Shown: positions 50,667-50,802 of the stretch, one piece after another | Layout: each line of letters starts with the position of its first letter | How positions within the stretch are numbered: the stretch's first letter is position 1 | Assembly (NCBI GenBank): GCA_046726015.1 | Contig: JBKOZS010000143.1 | Coordinates: 1 to 50,802, forward strand | Direction: 5' to 3' | DNA from: Acidobacteriota bacterium | GTDB taxonomy: Bacteria; Acidobacteriota; Vicinamibacteria; Vicinamibacterales; 2-12-FULL-66-21 | DNA length: 50,802 nucleotides | Notes under the pieces: model-generated | What the model was told of the DNA's origin: nothing | What the model saw: the letters and a program-made list of their open reading frames with translations, nothing else | Database searches by the model: none | Program-made: the position numbers and the translations under genes

Positions 50667-50801
50667 CTAGCCTCGCCACCTTTCGGAATCGACCGACTTG
50701 GCGGTCAGGAAGAGCCCGAAGGTGATCAGGCTGGCGTAATACAGCACATGCTTCGTGTCGATGATGCCCTTCGAGAAATCATCGAAGTGCTCGGTGATGG
50801 A
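50667..50801 (-). CDS. GldF-like ABC-2 permease, C-terminal fragment cut by the window edge
   Basis: Manual translation: SITEHFDDFSKGIIDTKHVLYYASLITFGLFLTAKSVDSERWRG*. Confidence 0.8.
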   Translation of the reverse strand, partial: SITEHFDDFSKGIIDTKHVLYYASLITFGLFLTAKSVDSERWRG

Positions 50802-50802
50802 C

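Overview
High-GC bacterial chromosomal segment. An Acidobacteriota (Vicinamibacteria-like) origin is inferred from gene content and repeat style, not proven. In order, it holds: the 3' end of ruvB, fabH, a hypothetical gene coupled to a stand-alone LigD polymerase domain, a two-component system with a CRTAC1/ASPIC-UnbV protein, a glgX-glgE-treS/mak-treZ-treY alpha-glucan/trehalose cluster, and stress genes (DUF2383, DUF4112, AI-2E). Next come queA, a DHS-like protein, a Ser/Thr kinase-TPR protein, and a tRNA(CAT)-tilS-ftsH-folP-csbD-cdaA-cdaR-glmM-pdxJ run. Then follow a compact bacterial microcompartment (BMC) locus, nth, a cyclophilin, DUF72, queE, queC, AlaX, a HEAT protein, dacB and a GldF/GldG/DUF4340 ABC module. 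Four things stand out. (1) An ArsC/Spx-family gene truncated in the ORF track has an in-frame UGA in a UxxC motif followed by a SECIS-like hairpin, making it a probable selenoprotein. Its 3' end is duplicated (72 bp) around a palindromic element. (2) The minimal BMC locus has one hexamer, three pentamers, an aldolase with a C-terminal encapsulation peptide, a tiny encapsulation-peptide/Cys-His protein and a 2-hydroxyacid dehydrogenase, but no aldehyde dehydrogenase. (3) Several small repeat families (7-mer arrays, 9-mer arrays, REP/MITE-like palindromes) occur, some inserted in frame into queA, tilS, queC, the cyclophilin and dacB. (4) Several genes look leaderless, and two stress genes have sigma54-type promoters. 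All calls come from reading motifs by eye; no searches were run.
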